DNA of 64,000 bases from Alphaproteobacteria bacterium. Its GTDB lineage: Bacteria > Pseudomonadota > Alphaproteobacteria > MPNO01 > UBA830. Positions 49,372 to 59,157 of this stretch are shown piece by piece. Position numbers and translations under genes: made by a program. Under the pieces are notes generated by a model that saw nothing but the letters and a program-made list of their open reading frames with translations, searched no databases and was not told the origin of the DNA. The first letter of the stretch is position 1; each line of letters begins with the position of its first letter. The stretch lies in contig OZ251539.1 of assembly GCA_965243135.1 (NCBI GenBank), positions 2,528,001 through 2,592,000 on the forward strand. The letters are read 5' to 3'.

Positions 49372-49464
49372 CCTCGTCTCCCCGGGGAACGGCTTCCCGA
49401 TGCGACGCGGAGCAGCTTCCGGCGCCGCCCCTCCGCCCGCGTTTCGCGGATCATCGTGCGCGAA

Positions 49465-49575
49465 CGCCGGAGCGTCAAGAGGGCCCGCGACGCGGGCGTT
49501 GCGCCATTTGTTGCCGGCTGCCGTCCGTTCGTCTCCCGCGGGACCGCCCGTCTGCAGGCTCGCAAGAGTCGCGCG
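49465..49575. repeat. Imperfect ~110-bp direct repeat, copy A (copy B at 51292-51409)
   Basis: Shared blocks CGCCGGAGC(C)GTCAAG, GCCGGCTGCCGTCCGTTCG, CCGCCCGTC.GCAGGC.CGCAAG.GTCGCGC. Confidence 0.8.
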
Positions 49576-49735
49576 GTCCCTCGAGCGAAGCTGCAGTTGG
49601 CTCGACGACCGCGCGGAAAGACATGCATGGGCGCCGGCGGCCCGGCTTGGCGACGCCCGGTCGCCGACAGGCCGAACGCCGGAAGCCGCCGACAGCAATT
49701 TTTCGCGAAGGCGGCCGCCCAAACGCCGTCCGGCT

Positions 49736-51271
49736 TCAGGCGGCCTCGCAATCGAACCCGACGACGTTGCGCTCCTCGCGGCTGAACTCCACCCCGATCA
49801 GGTGGACCGAACGCCCGAGATGGCGGTACTTGTCCGCATAGCCCTTCTCCCGCAGCTGCGCGAGCGCGATCCCCTCCCGCCCGCGCTCCACCACCTTGAA
49901 CTCGAACAGGTAGACGCGCCCGCCGACGCGTATCGCCATGTCGGCGCGCCCCCGGCTGCCGCTGTCCTCGGCCACCGGCTCGATGCCGTGCATCAGAAAG
50001 CAGCAGTGGATGACGCTTGCGTAGTGGGCTTCGTACTTCGCGACAGGGCTGGTCGCGTACCATTGGTGCGGGATGGCGGCGAAGACGCCGCGGAACAGGG
50101 TCTCGATGCGTTCGAAGTCGTTCGCCTCCAAAAGTTCGGGCAACTGCGGGTCGCCCGCCTTCTCGCGGGCATGATGCGGGAGCAGTTCTCCCAGCAAGGC
50201 CTCGCCCAGGCTCCGGCGCACCTCGAGGTTCGGGTAGTCCAGCCGGTAGCGCCCGTCCTCCTCGCCGACGATGGTGAGGTAGCCGGTCTGGAACAGAAGC
50301 GCCTCGACCGAGATATTGTCCACGTCGAAGGTCGAGAGCAGGCTCTCGCTGCCGGTCATGCCGTCCAGGTCGGGAGTGGGCAGATCGCGGCGCGCCAGCG
50401 TCTCGACCAGGAAGGTCGGCGTGCCGCTCTGGAACCAGTACGGACGGAACTCGCGCCGCCGAAACAGCAGCAGCAGGCCGAACGGGTTGTAGACCTTCTC
50501 CGGACCGCGCCAGTTGTAGCCATTGTACCAGCGGCGGACCTCGTCCCTGTCCAGGCCCTCGAGTTCCGGGGCGAAGACCGCGTCCAGTTCCGCGTCCGTG
50601 TACCCGCAAATGTCCGAGAACTCCGGCTCCAGCGTGACGTCGATCAGGTTGTTCAGGCCCGAGAACAGGCCCGCCTGCGAGAACTTGCTCACCCCCGTCA
50701 GGAAAACGAAGCGGAGATGCTCGTCGCAGTCCTTGATCGCCCCGTACAGGCTGCGCAGGAAGTCCCGGTTGGCCCGCGCCAGTTCCCGGTCGCCGAGCGC
50801 GTCCAGGATCGGCTTGTCGTACTCGTCCACCAGAACGACCGCCCGCTGCCCGGTGCGCTCGTGCAGGGCCTCGATCAATTCCCCGAAACGGTTCGACGCC
50901 TCGACGGGACCCGGTTCGACGCCGCCGCGCCTCTCCGCCGCCGCCAGCTGCGCTTCCACGGTTGCCCGAACCCCGTCAGGGACGACGAAATTGCCCCTGC
51001 CGAAGCTGAGCCGCACGACAGGATGGCGGGCCGACCAGTCCCACTTGCCGTGCACGGCGAGACCCCGGAACAACTCCTCGCTTCCCTCGAACAGCTTCTG
51101 GAGCGTGTCCACCAGGAGGGTCTTGCCGAACCGGCGCGGACGCGACAGGAAATAGTAATCGCCCCCTTCGACGAGGCGGCGCACATGCTCCGTCTTGTCG
51201 ACGTAGTAGCAATCCCTCGTCCGGATTTTCCGGAGGGAGGTCATGCCGGTCGGAAGCATGCGTTTCGCCAT
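49736..51271 (-). CDS. AAA-ATPase-like protein with C-terminal PD-(D/E)XK (PDDEXK_9-like) domain, paralogue 1
   Basis: YYVDKT, LSRPRRFGKT, VLVDEYDKP, FLTGVSKF, WYNGY, YNPF, GYLT, GRADM...FEFK, QLREKGY. Confidence 0.92.
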   Translation of the reverse strand: MAKRMLPTGMTSLRKIRTRDCYYVDKTEHVRRLVEGGDYYFLSRPRRFGKTLLVDTLQKLFEGSEELFRGLAVHGKWDWSARHPVVRLSFGRGNFVVPDGVRATVEAQLAAAERRGGVEPGPVEASNRFGELIEALHERTGQRAVVLVDEYDKPILDALGDRELARANRDFLRSLYGAIKDCDEHLRFVFLTGVSKFSQAGLFSGLNNLIDVTLEPEFSDICGYTDAELDAVFAPELEGLDRDEVRRWYNGYNWRGPEKVYNPFGLLLLFRRREFRPYWFQSGTPTFLVETLARRDLPTPDLDGMTGSESLLSTFDVDNISVEALLFQTGYLTIVGEEDGRYRLDYPNLEVRRSLGEALLGELLPHHAREKAGDPQLPELLEANDFERIETLFRGVFAAIPHQWYATSPVAKYEAHYASVIHCCFLMHGIEPVAEDSGSRGRADMAIRVGGRVYLFEFKVVERGREGIALAQLREKGYADKYRHLGRSVHLIGVEFSREERNVVGFDCEAA

Positions 51272-51277
51272 CGGAAG

Positions 51278-51306
51278 AGAGTAGGCCGCCGCGCCGGAGC
51301 CGTCAA
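51278..51306 (-). promoter_or_regulatory. Putative leaderless sigma70 promoter of paralogue 1
   Basis: Minus strand TTGACG-N17-TACTCT, then 6 nt to the ATG; no RBS. Confidence 0.55.
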
Positions 51307-51409
51307 GAAGTCGGCGGCTGGAAGCGTTTGCGCTGCGCCGTTTTTGGCCGGCTGCCGTCCGTTCGACGCCCAGCGAGGCCGCCCGTCGGCAGGCCCGCAA
51401 GGGTCGCGC
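51292..51409. repeat. Imperfect ~110-bp direct repeat, copy B
   Basis: Homologous to 49465-49575. Confidence 0.8.
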
Positions 51410-51577
51410 AGGCGTGCGTCGGCGGAACAAAATCGACTGTCGCTCCGGCGCCGCGAGGCCAAGTCGCTGGCGCGCTCGCCCCGCCCTGCATACATCAGGC
51501 TTCGATCAGGCTAACATGAGGCCATGGTCGGCCGCGTTTCGCGAACGCCGACAGAATTGCGACCTGGAGGCTTCCGC

Positions 51578-52639
51578 ATGCGCATCCTGCAGACCGGTCT
51601 GACGCATATCGACGAGAGCAGGGCGACGCCCGGCTTCACGCTGTTCTCGCCGATCTGGGGCACGAACGCCTACCTCGTCGACATGCGGGGACGGGTGGCG
51701 CACCAGTGGGATCTCCCAGCCACGCCCGGCGGCTACGCGAGATTGCTGCCCAACGGCAACCTGTTCGTGTCGACCATGACCGAAACGGGCCCGGATTTTA
51801 CGGGCGGCGCGCAAGGCGGCCTGATGCAGGAACTCGACTGGCACGGCAACGTGATCAACGAATTCGTGGATCATTTCCAGCACCACGACTGCCGGCGCCT
51901 TCCAAACGGCCATACGATCTACGCGGCCTGGGAAAGGATGCCGGAGGAGCACGCCGCGCGAGTAAGGGGCGGCCGGCCCGGGTCGAAGCCGGAATCCGGC
52001 ATGTACGCCGACGTGGTGCGCGAGGTCGACGCGGCCGGCAGTCTCGTTTTCGAATGGCGCGCCTGGGACATGGAGATCGAAAAGTACGAGATCAACCCCG
52101 CAACGGCGGCCAGGGTCTGGGCGTGGTGCAACACCACCTGCCCGCTGGACAACGGCGACGTGCTCGTAAGCCTTCGCTTCATCAACACCTGCGCCATAAT
52201 CGACCGGCGGACAGGCGGATTTCGATGGGAGAAGACCGACTTTTCGTGGGGCGGGCAGCACGATCCGCAGATGCTGCCGAACGGGAACGTCATCCTGTTC
52301 GCCAACGGCGACAACACCCTCGAGCCTCATCCCTTCTCGCGCGTGCTCGAGCTGAACCCCGAGACGGGCGAGGAAGTCTGGGAGTACCGCGAATCTCCGA
52401 GCCAGAGCTTCTATTCCCATCACATCAGCGGACAAGAACGGCTGCCGTCCGGCAATACGCTGATTTGCGAAGGTCTGTGGGGACGGATCTTCGAGGTAAC
52501 GACCGCGGGCGATCTGGTCTGGGAATACATTTCTCCTTACCATCACAAGGCCGCTTACGGCGAAACGGTTAACTGGGTGTTCCGCGCGTTCCGTTACGCC
52601 GAGGATTCGCCGGAGATCGCCGGAAGGCTGACCTTGTAG
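51578..52639 (+). CDS. Arylsulfotransferase (ASST)-like beta-propeller protein
   Basis: QHHDCRRLPNG, WCN, GQHDPQMLPNGN, ISGQERLPSGNTLICEG, WVFRAFRY; GGAGG RBS. Confidence 0.85.
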   Translation: MRILQTGLTHIDESRATPGFTLFSPIWGTNAYLVDMRGRVAHQWDLPATPGGYARLLPNGNLFVSTMTETGPDFTGGAQGGLMQELDWHGNVINEFVDHFQHHDCRRLPNGHTIYAAWERMPEEHAARVRGGRPGSKPESGMYADVVREVDAAGSLVFEWRAWDMEIEKYEINPATAARVWAWCNTTCPLDNGDVLVSLRFINTCAIIDRRTGGFRWEKTDFSWGGQHDPQMLPNGNVILFANGDNTLEPHPFSRVLELNPETGEEVWEYRESPSQSFYSHHISGQERLPSGNTLICEGLWGRIFEVTTAGDLVWEYISPYHHKAAYGETVNWVFRAFRYAEDSPEIAGRLTL

Positions 52640-52989
52640 CCGGTTCGCCGCTTTCCGGCGGCGTCGTTTCGCGGCGATTCGGCGCGGACGGCATGCGCCG
52701 CCGGAAGCGACTACGAGTCCGAACCGAGGAAAACCAGAGAGAACTACCCTGAATTAGAGCGAACGATCCGCTCGAAATGCGCGATTTTCGACGCTTCGGG
52801 GCGTAGCTGATCGTCTCGGAGCGCGGGCGATCCGCACCGAAATTGCCGAAGAACGGAAGTGTCTGCGAGTCCGGCGTTCAAAACTGCGCCGACAGCCCGG
52901 CCTCGCGACGCCCGGTCGCCGACAGGCCGAACGCGGGATCTGCCGACAGCAATTTTTCGCGAAGGCGGCTGCCCAAACGCCGTCCGGCT

Positions 52990-54525
52990 TCAGGCGGCCT
53001 CGCAATCGAACCCGACGACGTTGCGCTCTTCGCGGCTGAACTCCACCCCGATCAGGTGGACCGAACGACCGAGACGGCGGTACTTGTCCGCATAACCCTT
53101 CTCACGCAACTGCGCGAGCGCTGTCCCCTCCCGCCCGCGCTCCACCACCTTGAACTCGAACAGGTAAACGCGCCCGCCAGCGCGGATCGCCATGTCGGCG
53201 CGCCCCCGGCTACCGCTGTCCTCGGCCACCGGCTCGAGGCCCTCCATCAGGAAGCAGCTGTGGATGACGCTCGCGTAGTGGGCCTCGTACTTCGCGACCG
53301 GGCTGTTCATGTACCACTGGTGCGGGATGGCGGCGAAGACGCCGCGGAACAGGGTCCCGAGGCGCTCGAAGTCGTTCGCTTCCAGCAGTTCGCCCAGCCG
53401 CAGGCGCCCCGTCTTCTTGCGCGCCTCGACCGGGAGCAGTTCTCCCAGCAGGGCCTCGCCCAGGCTCCGGCGCACCTCGAGGTTCGGGTAGTCCAGCCTG
53501 TAGCGCCCGTCCTCCTCGCCCGCGATGGTGAGGTAACCGGTCTGGAACAGAAGCGCCTCGATCGAGATATCGTCCACGTCGAAGGTCGAGAGCAGGCTCT
53601 CGCTGCCGATCATGCCGTCCAGGTCGGGAGTGGGCAGGTTGCGGCGCGCCAGCGTCTCGACCAGGAAGGTCGGCGTGCCGCTATGGAACCAGTACGGGCG
53701 GAACTCGCGCCGCCGAAACAGCAGCAGCAGGCCGAACGGGTTGTAGAGCCTCTCCGGCCCGCGCCAGTTGTAGCCGTTGTACCAGCGGCGGATCTCGTCC
53801 CGGTCCAAGCCCTCGAGTTCCGGGGCGAAGACCGCGTCCAGCTCGTCGTCCGTGCAGCCGCAGATGTCCGAGAACTCCGGCTCCAGCGTGATGTCGATCA
53901 GGTTGTTCAGGCCCGAGAACAGGCCCGCTTTCGAGAACTTGCTGACCCCCGTCAGGAAAACGAAACGGAGCTGTTCGTCGCAATCCTTGATCATCGCGTA
54001 GAAGCCGCGCAGGAAATCGCGGTTGGCCAGCGCCAGTTCCCGGTCGCCGAGCGCGTCCAGGATCGGCTTGTCGTATTCGTCGACCAGAACGACCGCCTGT
54101 TGCCCGGTGCGCTCGTGCAGCGTCCTTATCAGGCGCCGGAAACGGATCGACGCTTCGGCAGCGCCCGGTTCGAGGCCGGCCAACCGCTCCGTTTCCTCCA
54201 GTTGGTCGTCCACGTTGCTCCGAATGAAGTCCGGGGAGTCGAAATTGCCCCCGCCGAAGCTGATCCGCACGACCGGATGGCGCGCCGACCAGTCCCAATC
54301 GCCGTGTATGGCGAGGCCCCGGAACAGTTCCTCGCTTCCCTCGAACAGCTTCTGCAGCGTGTCCACCAGGAGGGTCTTGCCGAACCGGCGCGGACGCGAC
54401 AGGAAATAGTACTTGCCGCCCTCGACGAGGCGGCGCACATGGTCCGTCTTGTCGACGTAGTAGCAGTCCATCCTCCGGATCTCCCGGAGGGAGGAGATGC
54501 CGATCGGGAGCATGCGCTTCGTCAT
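52990..54525 (-). CDS. AAA-ATPase-like protein with C-terminal PD-(D/E)XK domain, paralogue 2
   Basis: Same length (511 aa) and motifs as 49736..51271. Confidence 0.92.
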   Translation of the reverse strand: MTKRMLPIGISSLREIRRMDCYYVDKTDHVRRLVEGGKYYFLSRPRRFGKTLLVDTLQKLFEGSEELFRGLAIHGDWDWSARHPVVRISFGGGNFDSPDFIRSNVDDQLEETERLAGLEPGAAEASIRFRRLIRTLHERTGQQAVVLVDEYDKPILDALGDRELALANRDFLRGFYAMIKDCDEQLRFVFLTGVSKFSKAGLFSGLNNLIDITLEPEFSDICGCTDDELDAVFAPELEGLDRDEIRRWYNGYNWRGPERLYNPFGLLLLFRRREFRPYWFHSGTPTFLVETLARRNLPTPDLDGMIGSESLLSTFDVDDISIEALLFQTGYLTIAGEEDGRYRLDYPNLEVRRSLGEALLGELLPVEARKKTGRLRLGELLEANDFERLGTLFRGVFAAIPHQWYMNSPVAKYEAHYASVIHSCFLMEGLEPVAEDSGSRGRADMAIRAGGRVYLFEFKVVERGREGTALAQLREKGYADKYRRLGRSVHLIGVEFSREERNVVGFDCEAA

Positions 54526-54531
54526 TCGAAG

Positions 54532-54560
54532 AAAGTAGGCCGCCATGCCGGAGCCGTCAA
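54532..54560 (-). promoter_or_regulatory. Putative leaderless sigma70 promoter of paralogue 2
   Basis: Minus strand TTGACG-N17-TACTTT, then 6 nt to the ATG. Confidence 0.55.
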
Positions 54561-55127
54561 GAAGGAGACGGTTAGCTTGCGAGGTTGGAGTCGTACGGCG
54601 TAAGCGGAACAATCCGGCCGGTCAGGAGGACGAAAGTGGTTGTCAAATGAAGCCGCGAAAATACGAAGCGGCAATCCGCGCCTTGGAAAGGCGGAAGCTG
54701 CGGTTTCAACCCGGTCCGCACGAAAAGGGGTGAGAGGAGTTTCTCGCGCGGAGCTTTCTCCAACGAAAGAATCGCGGTTTCTCTCTCCCGAGGGTAAGCG
54801 CCTCCGGCCTGGGAACTTTCCAATGGCCGCTTCCCGGACAAGCGCGCGCTTCCGCAACTTTCGCTGGGCCGCGCATCCTCCAATGACTTCGGCTGCGTCG
54901 CGCGCGCGGGCTTCTCCGCCCTTCCGCCGGAGCGGCCTCCCTGGTTCGTTCCCGCAGGACGCATTCCCCCTTGCCGTCGACGAAGCCCTGCGCGGACATT
55001 CCGGGCGCGGCCGCGCCGCGCTCGCTCATGCGTCGGGCGGCGGCGCCCGGACGTCGCCGTTGCGGCGGCGGCGGCGTTCGACGAACATTTCCGGCCGGAG
55101 ATCGAAGATACGCTGCGAGGCCGGCGT

Positions 55128-56450
55128 CTATCGGAGGCTGAGCATGAGGTCCGGAAGAAGGAGCGCGATTTGCGGAAACGCGCAGATCGCCGCCAACCCG
55201 ACGAGCGTCGCGAACAGGAACGGCCAGATGCCGTTGAAGACTGTCCAGATGTCCACGTCCCTGAGCACGGTCTTGACCATGAACACGTTCATGCCGATCG
55301 GCGGCGTGATCAATCCGATCTCGACCACGATGATCACCACGATCCCGAACCAGATGCCGTCGACGCCGAGCGCCTCAACGATCGGATAGAAGATCGGCAC
55401 GGTCAGCAGCAGCATCGCGAGGCTGTCGAAGACGCAGCCCAGAACCACGTAGATGACGCAGATCGCGATCACGACCCCGATCGGCGGCACGTCGAGCGAC
55501 GCGATGAAATCAATCATCGCCTCCGGCAGTCCGGCGAGATTGATGAAATTCGAAAACACCAGGGCGCCGAAACCGACGAGGAAAATCATGGCCGTCGTCC
55601 GCCCGGCGTCGATCAGCGAGGCGGTCAGCGCGCGAAACCCCAGCTTGCGGCGGCCCCAGGCGAAAAGCATCGCGCCGGCCGCGCCGATGGCCGCCGCCTC
55701 GGTCGGCGTGAACACGCCCAGATAAATTCCGCCCAGCACGAGAACGAAGAGCACGACCACGCCCCACACCTTGGCCAGCGCCCGCCGCCGCTCTCTCCAT
55801 CCGACGCGCGCGCCGGGCGGACCCGCCTCCGGCCTGAGCCTGACCGTCACGGCGATCGAACCGAAATAAAGCAGCACCAGAAGGACGCCGGGAAGAATGC
55901 CGGCGACGAACAGCTTGCCGATGTCGGTCTCGGTCAGAATGCCGTAAATCACCATCGGCACGCTCGGCGGAATCAGGATGCCGAGCGTCCCCCCCGCCGC
56001 GATGGTGCCCGCCGCGAGACTGTCCGAATACCTGAACCGCCGCATCGGCGGCATCGCGACCTTGCTCATGGTCGCCGCCGTCGCGAGGGAACTGCCGGAG
56101 ACCGCGGAAAAGCCGGCGCAAGCGGCGATGGTCGCCATGGCGAGGCCGCCCCTGCGATGGCCGAGAAAGGCGTAGGTCGCGTCGTAGAGCTCCTCGGACA
56201 GCTGCGCCCGGTGGATGAAGGTGCCCATCAGCACGAACAGCGGCAGCACCGAAAGCCCGTAATTCGTCGAAAGGTCGAGGACCTGCTGGCCGGCCATGGA
56301 CAGCCCGGCGACGAGCGAATCCATCTCGAACAAGCCGCCGCGCACCATGGCGAAACCGCCGATGCCGACGAGCAGGAGCGTGATGCCGAGCGGGATCCCG
56401 AGAAAGGCGAGCAGAAGAACGAGACCGAAGCCCGCGAGCGACAGAGCCAT
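55128..56450 (-). CDS. dctM: TRAP transporter large permease
   Basis: LPLFVLMG, FSAVSGSS, GGTLGILIPPS, FTPTEAA, TPPIG. Confidence 0.93.
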   Translation of the reverse strand: MALSLAGFGLVLLLAFLGIPLGITLLLVGIGGFAMVRGGLFEMDSLVAGLSMAGQQVLDLSTNYGLSVLPLFVLMGTFIHRAQLSEELYDATYAFLGHRRGGLAMATIAACAGFSAVSGSSLATAATMSKVAMPPMRRFRYSDSLAAGTIAAGGTLGILIPPSVPMVIYGILTETDIGKLFVAGILPGVLLVLLYFGSIAVTVRLRPEAGPPGARVGWRERRRALAKVWGVVVLFVLVLGGIYLGVFTPTEAAAIGAAGAMLFAWGRRKLGFRALTASLIDAGRTTAMIFLVGFGALVFSNFINLAGLPEAMIDFIASLDVPPIGVVIAICVIYVVLGCVFDSLAMLLLTVPIFYPIVEALGVDGIWFGIVVIIVVEIGLITPPIGMNVFMVKTVLRDVDIWTVFNGIWPFLFATLVGLAAICAFPQIALLLPDLMLSLR

Positions 56451-56456
56451 GCTGCT

Positions 56457-56966
56457 CTACGCTTCCATGTGACGGTCTTCGTAGACGGGATAACTCCGGC
56501 CCAGCGCGGCGCAGAGAAGCAGGCCCGCAGCCAGGAGGCACGACAGGCCTGCGAACCCGCTGATGAAGTAGGCGATCGGCGCCCGAGGCCACAGCAGAAA
56601 TCCGGTCGTCGCTCCGGTTTCGACGAGCCGGTCCCCCTGATCCCACATCCGAACGGAAATGATCGCCATGCCGAGCGTGCTCACCGCCGTCACGACGACC
56701 TGCTGGACGCGCCGCCCCGCGCCCCTGAACAGGCCGTCGAACAGGGAAACGGTGATGTGTCCGCGATCCCACGTCACGAGCGGCATCGCGGAGAACACCA
56801 CGACGGCGAGGCCGAACTCCATCAGCTCGAACGTGCCGGGCAGAGGGCTGGTGAACACGAAGCGCGCGGTCACGTCCACCGTGGTCACCGCCATCATGAA
56901 GAACAGGGCGACCGCCGTAAGCCCGCCCAGCAGACCGCGAAGCCGAATTGCAGCCTTTCCGCCCAA
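56457..56966 (-). CDS. dctQ: TRAP transporter small permease
   Basis: VDVTARFVF, GHITV, four TM segments; TTG start inferred just after the dctP stop. Confidence 0.82.
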   Translation of the reverse strand: MGGKAAIRLRGLLGGLTAVALFFMMAVTTVDVTARFVFTSPLPGTFELMEFGLAVVVFSAMPLVTWDRGHITVSLFDGLFRGAGRRVQQVVVTAVSTLGMAIISVRMWDQGDRLVETGATTGFLLWPRAPIAYFISGFAGLSCLLAAGLLLCAALGRSYPVYEDRHMEA

Positions 56967-56967
56967 G

Positions 56968-58020
56968 CTATCTCTTCGCGGCGGCTTCCGCGACCTCTTT
57001 CTGGGTCTGCCGATAGAAAGCCAACGCCGCCTTGCCGTCGACGCCGAGGCCGTCCATCTGCTTGCTCCAGTCGTCAAGCATCGCGGCCGAAATCCGCTTG
57101 ATGGCGGCGTTCAGGCTGGGGTCGGCCTGATGATAGGGCTTTCCCGACGCCTTGTACTGCGCTAGCGCCTTCTGGTCGAGCGCGTCCCAGGTCCGCGCCC
57201 GCGAGGCGAACGCCTCGCCGGACAGCTTCGCGATCTTGTCCCTCGCGGACTGCGGCAAACCGTCCCATTTCTTCTTGTTGAGGAACACCGCGAACGTCGG
57301 ATTGAACACGAACCCGTCGACGTGGGTGACGGATTTGGCGAACTTCAGAACCTTGAATCCGATGGCGTCCGATACGCCCAGGCCGACGTAGCCGTCCACC
57401 GTCTTCTTGGAGACGATGGGATAGATCCGCGCCGCCGGACCCGGCACCACGGCGACGCCGAGCTGCTTGAGAGTTTGCGCGAGAGCGAACGGCAGGCTCC
57501 AGAGCTTCGCCTTTTTCAGGTCGTCGATCGTCCGGATCGGCTGGTCCTGCATGCTGAAGATCTCGCCGCCGGGACCGGCGAAAAAGCTGATGAGCTGAAC
57601 GGTCTTGAACGGGTCCTTGACCGCGAAATGCTTCCGGTAGGTGCGCCACAACGCGACTCCGTCGGCCTCGGCCGAGGTGGCCATCTGCGGCATGATCGAA
57701 AACCGCAGATAGGGCACGCTGTTGCTCAGAAAGGCATTGAAGATGAACGCGCCGTCCGCGATTCCCTGGCTGACGATATCGAGCTGGCGAGGCGGCGCGG
57801 CCAGGTTCTTCGCCGGAATCTTGAAGGTCACGCCCTCCGGCTTCAACGCCTCGTTGAGCGCGTCGACCCACGGCTTCACGATCCCCGTCATCGTTATGAA
57901 CTTCGGCGGCGGAAAATGGTTGAACAGAATGCGCGTCTCGGCTCCGGCCGGCGACGAAACGGCCGTCGCGGCGCCTGCGGCGACCGCGATCGCGACCGCC
58001 GCCTTAATCTGAATCTTCAT
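56968..58020 (-). CDS. dctP: TRAP transporter substrate-binding protein
   Basis: Signal peptide, PIRTIDDLK, TVDG, NKKKWDGLP. Confidence 0.88.
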   Translation of the reverse strand: MKIQIKAAVAIAVAAGAATAVSSPAGAETRILFNHFPPPKFITMTGIVKPWVDALNEALKPEGVTFKIPAKNLAAPPRQLDIVSQGIADGAFIFNAFLSNSVPYLRFSIMPQMATSAEADGVALWRTYRKHFAVKDPFKTVQLISFFAGPGGEIFSMQDQPIRTIDDLKKAKLWSLPFALAQTLKQLGVAVVPGPAARIYPIVSKKTVDGYVGLGVSDAIGFKVLKFAKSVTHVDGFVFNPTFAVFLNKKKWDGLPQSARDKIAKLSGEAFASRARTWDALDQKALAQYKASGKPYHQADPSLNAAIKRISAAMLDDWSKQMDGLGVDGKAALAFYRQTQKEVAEAAAKR

Positions 58021-58088
58021 GCGTCTGGCTCCCTTGCGTGGCGGCGCCGACGATCCGGTCCGCGCGGGCCGGCGACGCCGCGCATTTC

Positions 58089-59105
58089 CTACTTGTCGTA
58101 GTTGAGGACCTTTCCGATCTCAACGCCCTTCTCGCGATAGTAACGTTCCGCCCCGGGATGCAACCGGCCTGCCGGAGCGGAAACGGCGTTCTTGAGATTA
58201 ACCGCCCCCTTCATCCAGGCCGCGGCCTGCCACGCCTCGTCGATATGCTCGAAGAACGCCTTGGTCATCTTGTAGACCAGCTCGTCGGACATCGAGGCCC
58301 TGACGCCGAGACCGACCCATGCGCCGGTCGCGACGACCGGTTTTTCGTTGGCCTGGTTCTCGCCGTAGATGTCGGGCGGCACTTCGATCACCGTCCGGCC
58401 GGGCTGCCCGAAATATCGCTTCGCCGCCGGATGGTCGAACTTGCTCCGATCGAGGCTCAGCAACCGGATCTTGTTCTTGAGGGCGAGCTGCTGCACCGCC
58501 GGGCTCGGCGCGTTGGTGACCGGGATCCAGACGTCGAACTTTCGGTCCAGAAACGCGTTCTGGGCCGGTCCCCAGCCCATCTTGATCTGCTTGAAGTCCG
58601 CTCCCGGCTTGAAGCCGGTCATGGCCTCCACGAGGAGTCTGGTGTTGCGGGTCGCCGCGCCGCCGGGCGGCCCGAGGAACACCCGCTTGCCCTTGATGTC
58701 GGAGAGCGTCTTGATTCCGGAACTCTCGTAGACCACGAAGTGGTAGACGCCGATCGGATAGGAAAAAATCGTGGCCAGCTTTTGCGAGCGCGCCGGTCCG
58801 TCGGTGATCTTCTTGAACGGGCCGATCTGCTTGTACATCAGGTGATAGCCGAGGACGCCGTACATGAAGAAGTCCATCTTGCCCTCGCTCGCCATCAGCT
58901 GATGCCGCAACGCCGGGCCCGTGGCGGAAATCCGGACTTCGGCATCGGGCACGTACTTGTTGACCGCCTGGATCCAGGACGTATTCACGATGAACGGAGT
59001 CGTTCCCGGCGGCAGGCTGCCCAAGGTGAACTTTTGCTGCGCCTGAGCGCCTGCGGCGCAAAACGCGCCGGCTGCCGCGACGGCGGCGATTGTTGCGAGC
59101 TTCAT
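58089..59105 (-). CDS. TAXI family TRAP solute-binding protein
   Basis: DIKGKRVFLGPPG, DELVYKMTKA, LHPGAERYYRE. Confidence 0.9.
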   Translation of the reverse strand: MKLATIAAVAAAGAFCAAGAQAQQKFTLGSLPPGTTPFIVNTSWIQAVNKYVPDAEVRISATGPALRHQLMASEGKMDFFMYGVLGYHLMYKQIGPFKKITDGPARSQKLATIFSYPIGVYHFVVYESSGIKTLSDIKGKRVFLGPPGGAATRNTRLLVEAMTGFKPGADFKQIKMGWGPAQNAFLDRKFDVWIPVTNAPSPAVQQLALKNKIRLLSLDRSKFDHPAAKRYFGQPGRTVIEVPPDIYGENQANEKPVVATGAWVGLGVRASMSDELVYKMTKAFFEHIDEAWQAAAWMKGAVNLKNAVSAPAGRLHPGAERYYREKGVEIGKVLNYDK

Positions 59106-59157
59106 TTTTTGCCTCCCTGCATTCAACCGGGCAGAATCGAGACATTGTCGCGGACTG

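Larger units (their letters stand above)
49640..51310. repeat. ~1.67-kb duplicated unit, copy 1 (copy 2 at 52895-54564)
   Basis: The gene, its promoter and about 95 bp of 3' flank are nearly identical between copies; offset about 3254 bp. Confidence 0.92.
52895..54564. repeat. ~1.67-kb duplicated unit, copy 2
   Basis: Homologous to 49640-51310. Confidence 0.92.

Noticed and set aside
52650-52710. Inverted repeat CGCTTTCCGGCGGCG...CGCCGCCGGAAGCG after the ASST-like gene as a terminator
   Set aside because: Long loop and no U-tract; such hairpins are common at this GC content.
54647-54733. HicA-like remnant (MKPRKYEAAIRALERRKLRFQPGPHEKG)
   Set aside because: Only 28 codons with faint similarity and no hicB partner; too weak to call.
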